IMG/VR virus record: IMGVR_UViG_3300013121_000017
Location: 64,001-128,000 of that record
DNA: 64,000 nucleotides
Direction: 5' to 3' (one strand)
Source: a virus
Lineage: Duplodnaviria > Caudoviricetes
A model generated the notes under the pieces. It had not been told where the DNA came from. It searched no databases and saw only the letters and a program-made list of their open reading frames with translations. Position numbers and translations under genes: made by a program. Below are positions 48,627 to 57,935 of this stretch, one piece after another (the stretch's first letter is position 1; each line of letters starts with the position of its first letter).

Positions 48627-48856
48627 ACCCGGACATCACGCCGGCAGAACGGTCGAGCGTGGTCCTCTGGAAGAACCTCATGGAGGAGATTTTCTTCTTC
48701 CAGTACCATCTGCACTTGGACAAGCCAACCTGCATGTCCTACGAAATCACCGAACGGAAGTGGCTGATCGAACGTTTCATCCAGCAGAAGAACAAGGAAA
48801 ACGAGCAGATGGAAGCCGAGCGACGAAAGGCTCGGGCGAACGCCAAGAGGAAGTAA
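48578..48856 (+). CDS. T4 gp51-like / GT-type extension, probably reached by -1 frameshift
   Basis: -1 frame is open from the slippery A-AAT-TTT-TTC to TAA; EEIFF..YH....ERKWLI..F motif. Confidence 0.65.
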   Translation, partial: FFLPQASPEGEDGIPVNPDITPAERSSVVLWKNLMEEIFFFQYHLHLDKPTCMSYEITERKWLIERFIQQKNKENEQMEAERRKARANAKRK

Positions 48857-48905
48857 AGGTCGAGGGGCGTAAATACTGGGAGTATACCCTTGACCCTGGA
48901 GTCCG

Positions 48906-49640
48906 ATGGCTGTCAAAGAACGCAACACGAACGCAGTATGCAACGATACCGTCATTCTCAGATTGTTCCAGTACAACGAGAATGCACCGGCAGCCGTGGA
49001 AGCGGTTGAAAAGGTCGAGATCTATTTCCTTGATCCTTTCAACCGCACTCCCGAGAACCCAGATGGCAGGCGACTGATTCAGACCATCACCACGGTGACG
49101 GTTGACGCAGTCGGCCAGTACAGTGTGACGGTTCCCCTGACCTCACCGCTGTACGTCATCGGGGACTATGTCGATGTCTGGTCGATCAGCTATGAGGCTG
49201 ATCAATGCCCAGGAACCAGGGAGATGCAGTTCAGCATCGGGGCGGACAAATGGTACGCCAACTCTGAACCGTATCTTTGGAGCTTCGCCTTTGCTTTTAG
49301 GCCATTCAAGTTCCGCAAGAACGAACGCAAGTACATGATCGTTGAAGTGACACCCAACGTGCCACACATCAGTGATCTCGAACGATATTACGCCGACATC
49401 GCCACATACCCATCCCTCTTCATAACGATGGCTCTGAGGTGTGCAGACTGCGTCCCGGCGGAAGAAGACTTGCGAACTGTCATCGACAGACAGCCAGTCG
49501 AAGTTAGGAACAAGCGTCTGGGATACTACTTCCTCGACACCACCGACCTTGACTGCGGCATCTACGATGTCTGGTTCGAGTTGAACCTTGGCGGGAACAC
49601 CTACATCTCTCCCAAGAATCAACTCCAGATCTACAACTAA
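48906..49640 (+). CDS. putative virion structural protein
   Basis: Beta-rich Ig-like pattern; TAAATA at 48870. Confidence 0.55.
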   Translation: MAVKERNTNAVCNDTVILRLFQYNENAPAAVEAVEKVEIYFLDPFNRTPENPDGRRLIQTITTVTVDAVGQYSVTVPLTSPLYVIGDYVDVWSISYEADQCPGTREMQFSIGADKWYANSEPYLWSFAFAFRPFKFRKNERKYMIVEVTPNVPHISDLERYYADIATYPSLFITMALRCADCVPAEEDLRTVIDRQPVEVRNKRLGYYFLDTTDLDCGIYDVWFELNLGGNTYISPKNQLQIYN

Positions 49641-49661
49641 CCTCCACCGCTAAGGAGCAAG

Positions 49662-50375
49662 ATGGGTAACCCATGTAACGATGGGCCGGGGACTGCTGCG
49701 CCTAAAGACAGCATCAAGATCACCGGCAACATCCCGCCCGAGTTCAGAAAAGCACTCGAAGAATTCCGCAAGAAGCAACCAAGCGTCGAACGCACGACCG
49801 TTAATTTCCACGGCAACTGCAAGGGACTCGAAGACATCTACGCACTCAGCCCTGAAAAGGAAGCCGAACGCCGCGCGCAAAAGTGCGGCGAACGCCGCCA
49901 TCCAGAGTGTGTCAACTGGTCCGAGGCCGGCTTCCACAAATCCCCGCCAAAGGAAATCGACTGGGACGCAAAGATCCCGATGGGCATGGGCAAACATCCC
50001 TTTGCCAGTCCGACCGCCGTCATCCCCCGCGTCTTCCGGTTCACGGTCGAAACCGACCTCAACACCCAGTTCCAATACTATGTCCAAGACATGGAAATCG
50101 ACTGGATCGGCAAGCAAATCAAGCTGTCCCTCTACGAGACGACTGCATTCGACGTAGACGACGTGATGAGGGCTTACAGCAGTGAAAAATGCAACAAACC
50201 ACTCACCGTCATGCTCTACGACGGTTGCGGAAAGAAGATCATGGGCTATCGCTTCCACGGCGTAGCCTGCCACACCTACTCATCCAGGCTCGATTACTCC
50301 AAGAGCGATCCGTTGTCGCCCAAGGCGGTACTCCAATTCAAGTCAGTCGAGCAACTCAAACGACCCGCAAAGTGA
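49662..50375 (+). CDS. divergent tail tube-family protein (paralog 4)
   Basis: IPMGMG, FRF, MLYDGCG, LDYS. Confidence 0.65.
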   Translation: MGNPCNDGPGTAAPKDSIKITGNIPPEFRKALEEFRKKQPSVERTTVNFHGNCKGLEDIYALSPEKEAERRAQKCGERRHPECVNWSEAGFHKSPPKEIDWDAKIPMGMGKHPFASPTAVIPRVFRFTVETDLNTQFQYYVQDMEIDWIGKQIKLSLYETTAFDVDDVMRAYSSEKCNKPLTVMLYDGCGKKIMGYRFHGVACHTYSSRLDYSKSDPLSPKAVLQFKSVEQLKRPAK

Positions 50376-50591
50376 ATCCCCTCGCTCCGGGTGCGGGGCA
50401 TGATGCCCCAATTTCTTTCTAAGGAGACACATGCACAAGAAAAGTACACTTCCCATGTGGAAGTCGGCGACACTGCGAAAAGAACCGGAACCCCTCACCT
50501 TAAAACGAAAGTACGTCTGGGACTTCGCCAAAAAGGAGACGAAATGAACAAGAGAAGCACACTTCAGTTCTGGAAATCGACAAGGAGAAAA

Positions 50592-51248
50592 ATGCAAATG
50601 GGACTTGGAACCCTCGGTTCTAAAGTGAAATGTCCAGAGTGCGACGAAGAGTTCTCGCACTGTCAACACATCGTCTTCAAGCGGAAATTCCGCTGGGTTT
50701 TCGAGGGAGAGACGACCAAGGCCAAGTTCGAGCCTCTGTTCGTCAAGGTTGCAGCACGCCCACAACTGGAAATCGAAGAAACAGAAATCAACTTCCTCGC
50801 CAGCAAAACCTGGGTTCCTGGCAAACAATGGGAGAAGATGACCGTCACCGCCTGGGATGTCAAACAGGACTTCTGGGATACCATTATGCCACTGCTGGTC
50901 GAGGAAGGAAAGGAGCCAACACCCGAACAGCTTGGCACGTTCAAGCTCGGCCTATACGACGGATGCGGCTGCCTAATCGAATCTTGGATGCTCGAAGAAG
51001 CCACGATCTCAGGCATTCGGTTTGGCGAATTGGACTATTCGTCCAGCGAGACGTGCGACATCGAGTTCGATGTGAAGTACAAGAAAGTCACCTACAAGAA
51101 CGAGTGCGGCCAGAATCTGAAGTACCTCCCGTGTCATCTGGGCGGCGGCTACAAACCAAACAAGGCAACCTGTCCGAACTGCAAGCATGAATTCGTTGTC
51201 GGAAATAGCGGCATCGGAATGCTCGGCAACCCAAACATCATATTTTGA
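50592..51248 (+). CDS. tail tube-family protein with Zn ribbon (paralog 5)
   Basis: MGLGTLG, FKRKFRW, EETEINFL, WVPGK, LYDGCG, FGELDYSS; CPEC...CPNC. Confidence 0.85.
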   Translation: MQMGLGTLGSKVKCPECDEEFSHCQHIVFKRKFRWVFEGETTKAKFEPLFVKVAARPQLEIEETEINFLASKTWVPGKQWEKMTVTAWDVKQDFWDTIMPLLVEEGKEPTPEQLGTFKLGLYDGCGCLIESWMLEEATISGIRFGELDYSSSETCDIEFDVKYKKVTYKNECGQNLKYLPCHLGGGYKPNKATCPNCKHEFVVGNSGIGMLGNPNIIF

Positions 51249-51300
51249 CCCCGCTAGAATGCAGTAGTGACAGCGACTGTATTCAAACTGGAGGCAAAAC

Positions 51301-52545
51301 ATGGTCAACTATGGCGTCTGTGCTGCTGGATACCCCGTCTACCACGTCGAAATGAAAGACGCCTCGATTTGCGAGGCATCCATCGTTGCCAACTGCGGCT
51401 CATCCCATGAAGAAAAAGATTCATGGGGGGTGGCCCACTTCTTGGAACACATGTGCTTCCAGGGAACACCCACCAAGAACAAGCATCAGGTCGGACGCGA
51501 ACAGGCTCTGGTCGGGCAGTACAACGCCTACACCAGCCAGTTCAACACCGTCTACCACTTCAACTCCCTGGCCGAAGACTTCGAGAAGGGCTTGGTGCTT
51601 CTGAAGGAAGCGGTCTTCGATTCGTCCTACCCCGAGCAGGAATTCGAGAAGGAAAAGAACGTCATCGTTGAAGAGTGGCGGATGTACGACAACTACCCCA
51701 CCGAACACTTCTTCGACTTCATCACAGAGAAGTGCTTCGGGCCGGCAGAAGGTCACGCCATCATCGGCACTGAGGCGTCGATCCGCAGCATGAATCCCGA
51801 GAAGCTGCACCGCTTCCGCAACAAGTGGTACGGCAAGGAAAACCTCTCCATCGTGGTCGTAGGCAACCTTGACTTTCACCGCGTCATGGATGCCCTGAAC
51901 CACTACCTGCCGCCGGGAACCGAAGTCGAAAAGAGTCCAGCACGGTTGACGAAATTCTGCGCGACCGACGAGAAGTACACCTTCGAGACTGACCGCTTCG
52001 AGCAAGCCGCATTTGGCCTGATGATGAAGTGGCCATCGTCGCGGGAGAGCTACGCCAACCGCTACATCAGCAGCTTCTTCTCATCGGCCCTGTCGAAGTA
52101 CATGTTCGAGTACATCCGCGACGACCTGGGCCTCTGCTACGGGGTCTGGACCAGCCGCTTCCACCACTTCGACCGGAACCATGTCATCCTGTCGATGCTG
52201 ACCAACAACAACTATCTGGAGAAGGCTGAAGCGGAACTGGAGAACCTCTTCGATAAGATCAAGAAGGAAGGGTTCCCCGACGAACTCTTCGAGATCTCGA
52301 AGAAGCAACTGACCTACAACCAAGTCAAGACGCTGGAGAGCGTCCACGGCGTCAGCCACTCGGTCGTCAACGGCATTGGAAGCTGCGAAGACCGACGCTG
52401 GTTCCTCGAAACCGGGTGCAAGAGCCTGGACCCGACGTGGCTCAAGAGCGTGGCCGCAGAACTGACTCAGCACGACCTGAAGAAGTTCGCCAACGACTGG
52501 CTGCACGGCTACACCAAGTTTGCGATGGTTTCAACCAAGAAATGA
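51301..52545 (+). CDS. M16 (pitrilysin) zinc peptidase
   Basis: AHFLEHMCFQGT inverted HxxEH; NAYTS; EKEKNVIVEE; IRDDLGLCY. Confidence 0.92.
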   Translation: MVNYGVCAAGYPVYHVEMKDASICEASIVANCGSSHEEKDSWGVAHFLEHMCFQGTPTKNKHQVGREQALVGQYNAYTSQFNTVYHFNSLAEDFEKGLVLLKEAVFDSSYPEQEFEKEKNVIVEEWRMYDNYPTEHFFDFITEKCFGPAEGHAIIGTEASIRSMNPEKLHRFRNKWYGKENLSIVVVGNLDFHRVMDALNHYLPPGTEVEKSPARLTKFCATDEKYTFETDRFEQAAFGLMMKWPSSRESYANRYISSFFSSALSKYMFEYIRDDLGLCYGVWTSRFHHFDRNHVILSMLTNNNYLEKAEAELENLFDKIKKEGFPDELFEISKKQLTYNQVKTLESVHGVSHSVVNGIGSCEDRRWFLETGCKSLDPTWLKSVAAELTQHDLKKFANDWLHGYTKFAMVSTKK

Positions 52546-53315
52546 AAATCAAACTCTACATCGTCACATACAAGAACAGGTTGGACTTGGAGTCCAACCT
52601 GAACTCACTAGATGATAACGGACATGAATTGTCGGTTTTTATCATCAACAACCATTCCGATTTTTCCCTGATGACCGACAGGGATGTTACAGTTCTTCAC
52701 AACGTACTAAGGCCAGACTTCTCAACGGGCCATCTGTCACGAAACTGGAATCAGGCAATCATAAACGGATTCCGCGACCTGAATAACCCGGAATGCGATC
52801 TGGTAATCACTGCACAAGACGACACACTTTGGTCTAAGAATGCCATCGACAAGCTGGCTAAACTAAGTCAGAGATTCTCGTTCGTCACCTGTGGTATTGG
52901 CGACAACGTTTGCTCTTACCGGCCAGAGGCCGTGAAAAATATCGGACTATGGGATGAACGCTTCTGCAACATCGGTTACCAAGAGGCCGACTACTTTCTC
53001 CGCGCCTTAATCTACAACGGTCAGAACTCCAGCATCAACGATTACGGACACGGTCGAGTCATCAACCCACACAACGAAGACATCGCCAAACGCACCAGAC
53101 CAGTGTCGCCAGAGACGTTGACCGAGGCCCACCACAAATCGACACAGTTCCACCCAATCACCGAGAACTTGTTCCGCCGCAAGTGGGGAGTCAACCCTCA
53201 CCACTGGCAGTTTCTCAAACACCTGCCATCCCCGCTATTGCCAAGCTTTGTCTACTACCCGTACTTCGAGAAAGACGTGATAGACCTGAAGGGCAAAGGT
53301 TACATCCTACCTTAG
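52542..53315 (+). CDS. GT2-like glycosyltransferase
   Basis: SRNWN, QDD, IGLWDERF, EADYFLR. Confidence 0.75.
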   Translation: MKIKLYIVTYKNRLDLESNLNSLDDNGHELSVFIINNHSDFSLMTDRDVTVLHNVLRPDFSTGHLSRNWNQAIINGFRDLNNPECDLVITAQDDTLWSKNAIDKLAKLSQRFSFVTCGIGDNVCSYRPEAVKNIGLWDERFCNIGYQEADYFLRALIYNGQNSSINDYGHGRVINPHNEDIAKRTRPVSPETLTEAHHKSTQFHPITENLFRRKWGVNPHHWQFLKHLPSPLLPSFVYYPYFEKDVIDLKGKGYILP

Positions 53316-53422
53316 TCACATTTTTCAAACGATGGCAAACTACAATATGTTGTCCTCGGGGGCTGCTCACGCCCCCAAACACATGCCTGATTGAGGACTA
53401 AGGTTGTCTAGCAGAAAAGGAT

Positions 53423-54319
53423 GTGAGTATGATCTACAGCAATCACTTCGTCATGTGCGTTCTCGTCAACGGCAAGCCCTTGAAGGAACGAGCAGACGGC
53501 ATCGTGGCGATCCCGCTCGGTGCTGAGTACACCATCAGATTCAAAAACAAGAACAGCCGACGAGCAATGGTGAAGTTCACCATCGACGGCGAGGATGCGT
53601 CCGGCAACGGCTACGTCATCAGTGCGCACAGCGACATTGAGATTCGTCGCTTTGCCGACCGCGATCAAATGTTCAAGTTCGTGGATCTGGATAGTGGTGA
53701 GGCTCAACTCGAAGGCAAGAATGGTCCAAACTGGGACGGCAGCAAGGGTGTGATCGAGGCCAAGTTCTACCTCGAAAAACAGTACACACCGCCGCCCCCG
53801 CCGGTCTATGTCCCGCAGCCATACCCAGTCCCATACCCGGTCCCGGTCTACCCGCGTCCGCGTCCCTGGTACGACAAATACAACGGCCCTGTCTGGGTCG
53901 ATAACACCTATAAACCGACATACAACCCCTCCTACACCTGCGATTCCAAGGGCATGTCGGCTGGGGTTACAAGAGGAATGTCGGCAGGCAACGCTGGTCC
54001 GGCATCGTTCGCCATGAACGATTGTGGTCCAGTAGGCGCGGAGGCAATCGGCGGCTGCGTGCCTTGCAGCTATACGCCGCCGGCTGGTCCTGCTCCAATG
54101 ACTGAGGGCGTGACGGTCGGCGGCTCAGTCTCAGGCCAGAGGTTCACCACGGTGTACTTTGACGCCGAGACGGATTACGTCACTCTCCGACTGGTTCTTC
54201 GTGGTACGAACGAGGTCGTACAGCCGGTCGTGGAAGAAGTCGAATACTGCCCGAACTGCGGAACAAAGAGAGGTCGCAAGAGTGACAAGTTCTGCGGGAA
54301 ATGCGGAAGTAAACTGTAA
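53423..54319 (+). CDS. hypothetical protein with Pro-rich linker and C-terminal Zn ribbon
   Basis: CPNCG...FCGKCG. Confidence 0.75.
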   Translation: MSMIYSNHFVMCVLVNGKPLKERADGIVAIPLGAEYTIRFKNKNSRRAMVKFTIDGEDASGNGYVISAHSDIEIRRFADRDQMFKFVDLDSGEAQLEGKNGPNWDGSKGVIEAKFYLEKQYTPPPPPVYVPQPYPVPYPVPVYPRPRPWYDKYNGPVWVDNTYKPTYNPSYTCDSKGMSAGVTRGMSAGNAGPASFAMNDCGPVGAEAIGGCVPCSYTPPAGPAPMTEGVTVGGSVSGQRFTTVYFDAETDYVTLRLVLRGTNEVVQPVVEEVEYCPNCGTKRGRKSDKFCGKCGSKL

Positions 54320-54325
54320 CCAACG

Positions 54326-54354
54326 GAGGCCGGCGAAAGCCGGCCTCTTTCATT
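54326..54354. terminator. intrinsic terminator
   Basis: gaggccggc-gaaa-gccggcctc plus T-rich tail, between convergent genes. Confidence 0.8.
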
Positions 54355-55150
54355 TGATAGACGTATTGCTCATGTCGTAGTTGCCAGACTTCCAGTTGCG
54401 ATTGTCACTGAACATCTCGTCTGGGTCTTTGTAGTCGCGGACATTGTACCCAAGCCTACTCTTCACCAGATCAGAGCATTTGGCAAAGGTGTCGTCCGCC
54501 CACACATTGATCTGCTGTTTCATGAACGCCAATGTGACATTCATTTGCAACAGTGGACGCAGCTTGCCGGAACGGTTGATTCCGGCTTTGTGCCAAACGG
54601 CTCCATCCATCGCAAACACGGTTCCTGCCGGAACAAGCAATTTCTTGGAATGCTTCTCAAGGAACTCCTGACTCGGCATGTGTTGGAAAAGATGACTGGA
54701 AGGAACGTACTCGGTGGGGCCAACCTCTTCGACAAAGTCTACCAGGGGGATCATGAGCAAAACACAGGTGCGAGTATCCTTGAACCACGGAGCGTCTCGA
54801 TGAAAACGCAGGTGGACCGGACCACCGCCTGAACTGTCGCTCTCTTCGCTGGTAATGATGCCGTGGTATCCATGAAGGATCGCCCTCTCATTCAAGACGG
54901 CGTTGACAAAGTCGTTGAACCACGAAGACTCCAACAAACTCAAGTAGTTTTCATGGAAGCTGCCGCAATTTCGCAGTATTTCCAATGATCCATACTTGCT
55001 GAGTTTCTCCTTGCCATGTTTCTGTATGTGGTCGGCTTTGCGTTCCTTGAGATCTTCGCGAAAGAAAACAATCTGCTCATCGGTAAGCAACCGACCAAGG
55101 TTGGCACAACCGTGGATGTTCATTTCCTCTTTGATCAAATTCAAATTCAT
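54350..55150 (-). CDS. PhyH-family 2OG-Fe(II) dioxygenase
   Basis: FHRD, GPTEYVPSSH, PAG, WHKAG.N...R. Confidence 0.88.
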   Translation of the reverse strand: MNLNLIKEEMNIHGCANLGRLLTDEQIVFFREDLKERKADHIQKHGKEKLSKYGSLEILRNCGSFHENYLSLLESSWFNDFVNAVLNERAILHGYHGIITSEESDSSGGGPVHLRFHRDAPWFKDTRTCVLLMIPLVDFVEEVGPTEYVPSSHLFQHMPSQEFLEKHSKKLLVPAGTVFAMDGAVWHKAGINRSGKLRPLLQMNVTLAFMKQQINVWADDTFAKCSDLVKSRLGYNVRDYKDPDEMFSDNRNWKSGNYDMSNTSIK

Positions 55151-55211
55151 GGTCCCTTCCAGAAGCAACTGCATACGGGCATTATATTTACTTGCCGAGG
55201 AAAGGAATCCA

Positions 55212-55862
55212 TTATCGCGACCCGAGATAGGTGTCGGCGTTCATCAGGGTGTAATGTGCCTGATGTGCGTTGCCCAGCACATCGTAGCACTTCGGTTCCT
55301 TCCACTGCCGATACGCCTCGAACATCTGCACAGCACACACCTGGGGCGGCATCTGACCGATTGCTGTGCCGAGGCCGGGACACAGGATGGCCCGGAAACC
55401 ATGCCCGTCAGCCTCACGCAAGGCGGCGCGGAATGCCAGCATCGCGTTGACTGTGCTGCTCACATTCATCGGCACACGCATCGTAGGAGCAGAGATGAGG
55501 TAGGGAATACGGTTGCACCGCTCACGCAACCGTTCGCCGTCTGGACGTTTCACACGGGCTGCCTGGGGCCGCATGTCGATCACCGTGGCCTGTCCGACCA
55601 AAAGCTCGCCCTGGTACTGTCCCCAGATCTTCTCACGGAGGTCGTCGCCGATGCCCCAACCGAAGTAATCACTGTAGACAAAGTCAATGCCGCCGTCCAT
55701 GAATCCGAACGAGTTGGCCGGACTGACGATGGCGTCCACGTCAAGATGTTCACCTTCGGCAAAGATGTCGCCACAGGAAACATGGATGTTTGGGTTGTCA
55801 CTGAAGACATTTCGCCATGCTTCAACGAGAGCAGCACTGCGGTCGCGGAGGTAGATTTTCAT
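55212..55862 (-). CDS. macrodomain ADP-ribose hydrolase
   Basis: GDIF, VSPANSFGFMDGGID, APTMRVP, PGLGTAIG. Confidence 0.92.
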   Translation of the reverse strand: MKIYLRDRSAALVEAWRNVFSDNPNIHVSCGDIFAEGEHLDVDAIVSPANSFGFMDGGIDFVYSDYFGWGIGDDLREKIWGQYQGELLVGQATVIDMRPQAARVKRPDGERLRERCNRIPYLISAPTMRVPMNVSSTVNAMLAFRAALREADGHGFRAILCPGLGTAIGQMPPQVCAVQMFEAYRQWKEPKCYDVLGNAHQAHYTLMNADTYLGSR

Positions 55863-55914
55863 GCTCTAAGAGAGTTGTCGCTGAAAAATATGGCCGGCTT
55901 AGTCGTGTATTAAC

Positions 55915-56220
55915 ATGAGCCAAATCTACTTGCTTGGGCGTGAAGACTCGGAAGGTCTTGCCCGATTGAATCGCAGGCCACTGCTGACCTTTGATGATGA
56001 GGTCGGTGGATGGGACACCTTGCACGCCAACGATGAGGCGGCGTACTTCCACATGCCGAGATTCGGCAATGGAGAAGTCGTCGCCATGATCGCCGGGGAA
56101 CCCGCCCTGAAGGTCTTCGACTCCCGCGTTGAAGACAGGAAGCAGGAGTCGAAGGTGATCCCTGAAGATGCACCGTGGCCAACCATCACCTATCAGGTGC
56201 GGTTTGGCAGCGACCAATGA
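55915..56220 (+). CDS. hypothetical protein
   Basis: Fills intergenic gap. Confidence 0.45.
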   Translation: MSQIYLLGREDSEGLARLNRRPLLTFDDEVGGWDTLHANDEAAYFHMPRFGNGEVVAMIAGEPALKVFDSRVEDRKQESKVIPEDAPWPTITYQVRFGSDQ

Positions 56221-56682
56221 TCAGATGCCGATCTGGTTCCGGTGGAAGATGATCTGCTTCATCGGAATCCAGTTCGCACACTCTTCTTTGTCCGCCCGCG
56301 CGGCGAGTTCATCGAACGTCACGAACTCCCATCCTTCACACTTATGGGGTTCCATGTTGACCGGCTCGCCCTCGATCCAGTCGGCCACCATGAAGATCGT
56401 GATGTAGTGCTTGCCGTACTGCGGCATGATGTCGTTGGTGATGAAGAAGGCCGGCTGCAACGCCGCGTATGGCCGCACCTTCACCTTCATCTGCTCGCCG
56501 CACTCTTCCTCCAACTCCCGCAAGACACAATTCGACCACGTCTCGCCAAAATCCAGATGCCCACCAGGGAAACTGTACAAACCAGCAGCATGTGATCCTT
56601 TCCGCTTGCCCAGCAACACCTTGCGGTCGCGGATCACCATCACCCCGGTCCCGACCCTGACGATGTTTTGTGAAGATTCCAT
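56221..56682 (-). CDS. Nudix hydrolase (NUDT15-like)
   Basis: PGGHLDFGE....RELEEE, HYITIF, MEPHKCEGW. Confidence 0.92.
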   Translation of the reverse strand: MESSQNIVRVGTGVMVIRDRKVLLGKRKGSHAAGLYSFPGGHLDFGETWSNCVLRELEEECGEQMKVKVRPYAALQPAFFITNDIMPQYGKHYITIFMVADWIEGEPVNMEPHKCEGWEFVTFDELAARADKEECANWIPMKQIIFHRNQIGI

Positions 56683-56747
56683 GAAGACTCCAGATTCCTT
56701 GTTACTGAAGGCCGGTTTCGGTCCCTTATAAGTGTAGAGGGACGCGA

Positions 56748-57119
56748 TTAAAGGAACTTCTTCGGGATGCGTTTCTCGCTCACCGGCTTTCCATTCTGGT
56801 TCCGCAGAAACGTTCTGCCGCCGGGCATGGTGTACTCGTACAGGTAGTCGCCGGTGGGTTCGTCCACGGCGATGACATGGCAGAGTCGATCACCCTGGTT
56901 GATGTTGTCGTAAAACGTGTCGCCGACCCGGTAGGGGAAGCGACACTGGAACTTGGTGTTGGGGCCGATGTTCGTGAGTTCGTACACCGGCTCCCGCACC
57001 ACCGCACCCGGAGGGAACGGCATGTTCAGGACGTGTGCCAGTTCCGATTCATGGCACGCCAGCCGCTTGACTTCGCGGTTGTTCTCGTCGGTCCAGATTA
57101 CTTCACGCCAGCGGCTCAT
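56748..57119 (-). CDS. hypothetical protein
   Basis: Translationally coupled ORF. Confidence 0.6.
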   Translation of the reverse strand: MSRWREVIWTDENNREVKRLACHESELAHVLNMPFPPGAVVREPVYELTNIGPNTKFQCRFPYRVGDTFYDNINQGDRLCHVIAVDEPTGDYLYEYTMPGGRTFLRNQNGKPVSEKRIPKKFL

Positions 57120-57487
57120 GGTTCCGCCTCGAATGATTTCACCTCGAACTGAACGTGATCGCCATCGGGCATGACGACGACGAGATGTGCCGTGCCGTTC
57201 TCGTTCCAGAACTGCACATCATCCACCTTGGAGGTATCCTTGATCGAGATCTCGTATGGTCCCGTGATGACAACGCGAATGGCGTTGTTGCCCTCTACCT
57301 TCCCGTTCCCGATCACTTGAACTTCACAGTGACATTCGTCACGGAAGCGAGGAGCGTTATCATACATCTTAGAAGCGGGGCAGAGTTCCACAGTGACAAG
57401 ACCACTGATCTTCCGAAGCAGCTTGCGGGCCAAAGTAACATCGCCCTCATCCGAGACGATGTACATGGGTTTGAAAATCGCACTCAT
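57116..57487 (-). CDS. hypothetical protein
   Basis: Translationally coupled ORF. Confidence 0.6.
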   Translation of the reverse strand: MSAIFKPMYIVSDEGDVTLARKLLRKISGLVTVELCPASKMYDNAPRFRDECHCEVQVIGNGKVEGNNAIRVVITGPYEISIKDTSKVDDVQFWNENGTAHLVVVMPDGDHVQFEVKSFEAEP

Positions 57488-57873
57488 TCACGCACCTTGA
57501 CCTTTCCTTGCATCTCGTCCGCCTTCTGCTTCGCGCCGAAGCAGGAGACTTCGAGGTCCGACAGTTCCCGCTGGAACCGCTCCAGTTGGTTCTTGTCGGC
57601 GTTGTAGATGGCGGTCCCGCCGTCACCGAAGTGCGGCTTGTAGAACGTGCGCTGGACGCCGGGGACCGGAGACAGATAGCCCTCATCGAAGATGGCCTCC
57701 TGCTCGGGCGTCAGCTTGAACGTAAGCGGCGTGCCGTGCTGGTCACACGGAGGAACGCCAGGATCACCGTAATTGGCGATGTAGCCGGCGAGGCTGCCGC
57801 CACAGCGGTCGATCCACGCCTTCTGTTGAGTGATGCGGTCACGAAGCCACAGGATCTTTTTCCAAACGAGCAT
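57484..57873 (-). CDS. hypothetical protein
   Basis: AGGAGG RBS before ATG 57873. Confidence 0.65.
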   Translation of the reverse strand: MLVWKKILWLRDRITQQKAWIDRCGGSLAGYIANYGDPGVPPCDQHGTPLTFKLTPEQEAIFDEGYLSPVPGVQRTFYKPHFGDGGTAIYNADKNQLERFQRELSDLEVSCFGAKQKADEMQGKVKVRE

Positions 57874-57935
57874 GGGTTTGTACCTCCTGAAGCACACGCA
57901 CGGTTTCAGATCGTCTCTGAAACCGTGCATGAGAT

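Noticed and set aside
37166-51248. Extracellular contractile injection system or tailocin in a bacterial chromosome
   Set aside because: Head-joining gp13/gp14-like genes, a gp55-like sigma, many orphan ORFs and the absence of housekeeping operons favour a phage; note that capsid and terminase genes are not in this window
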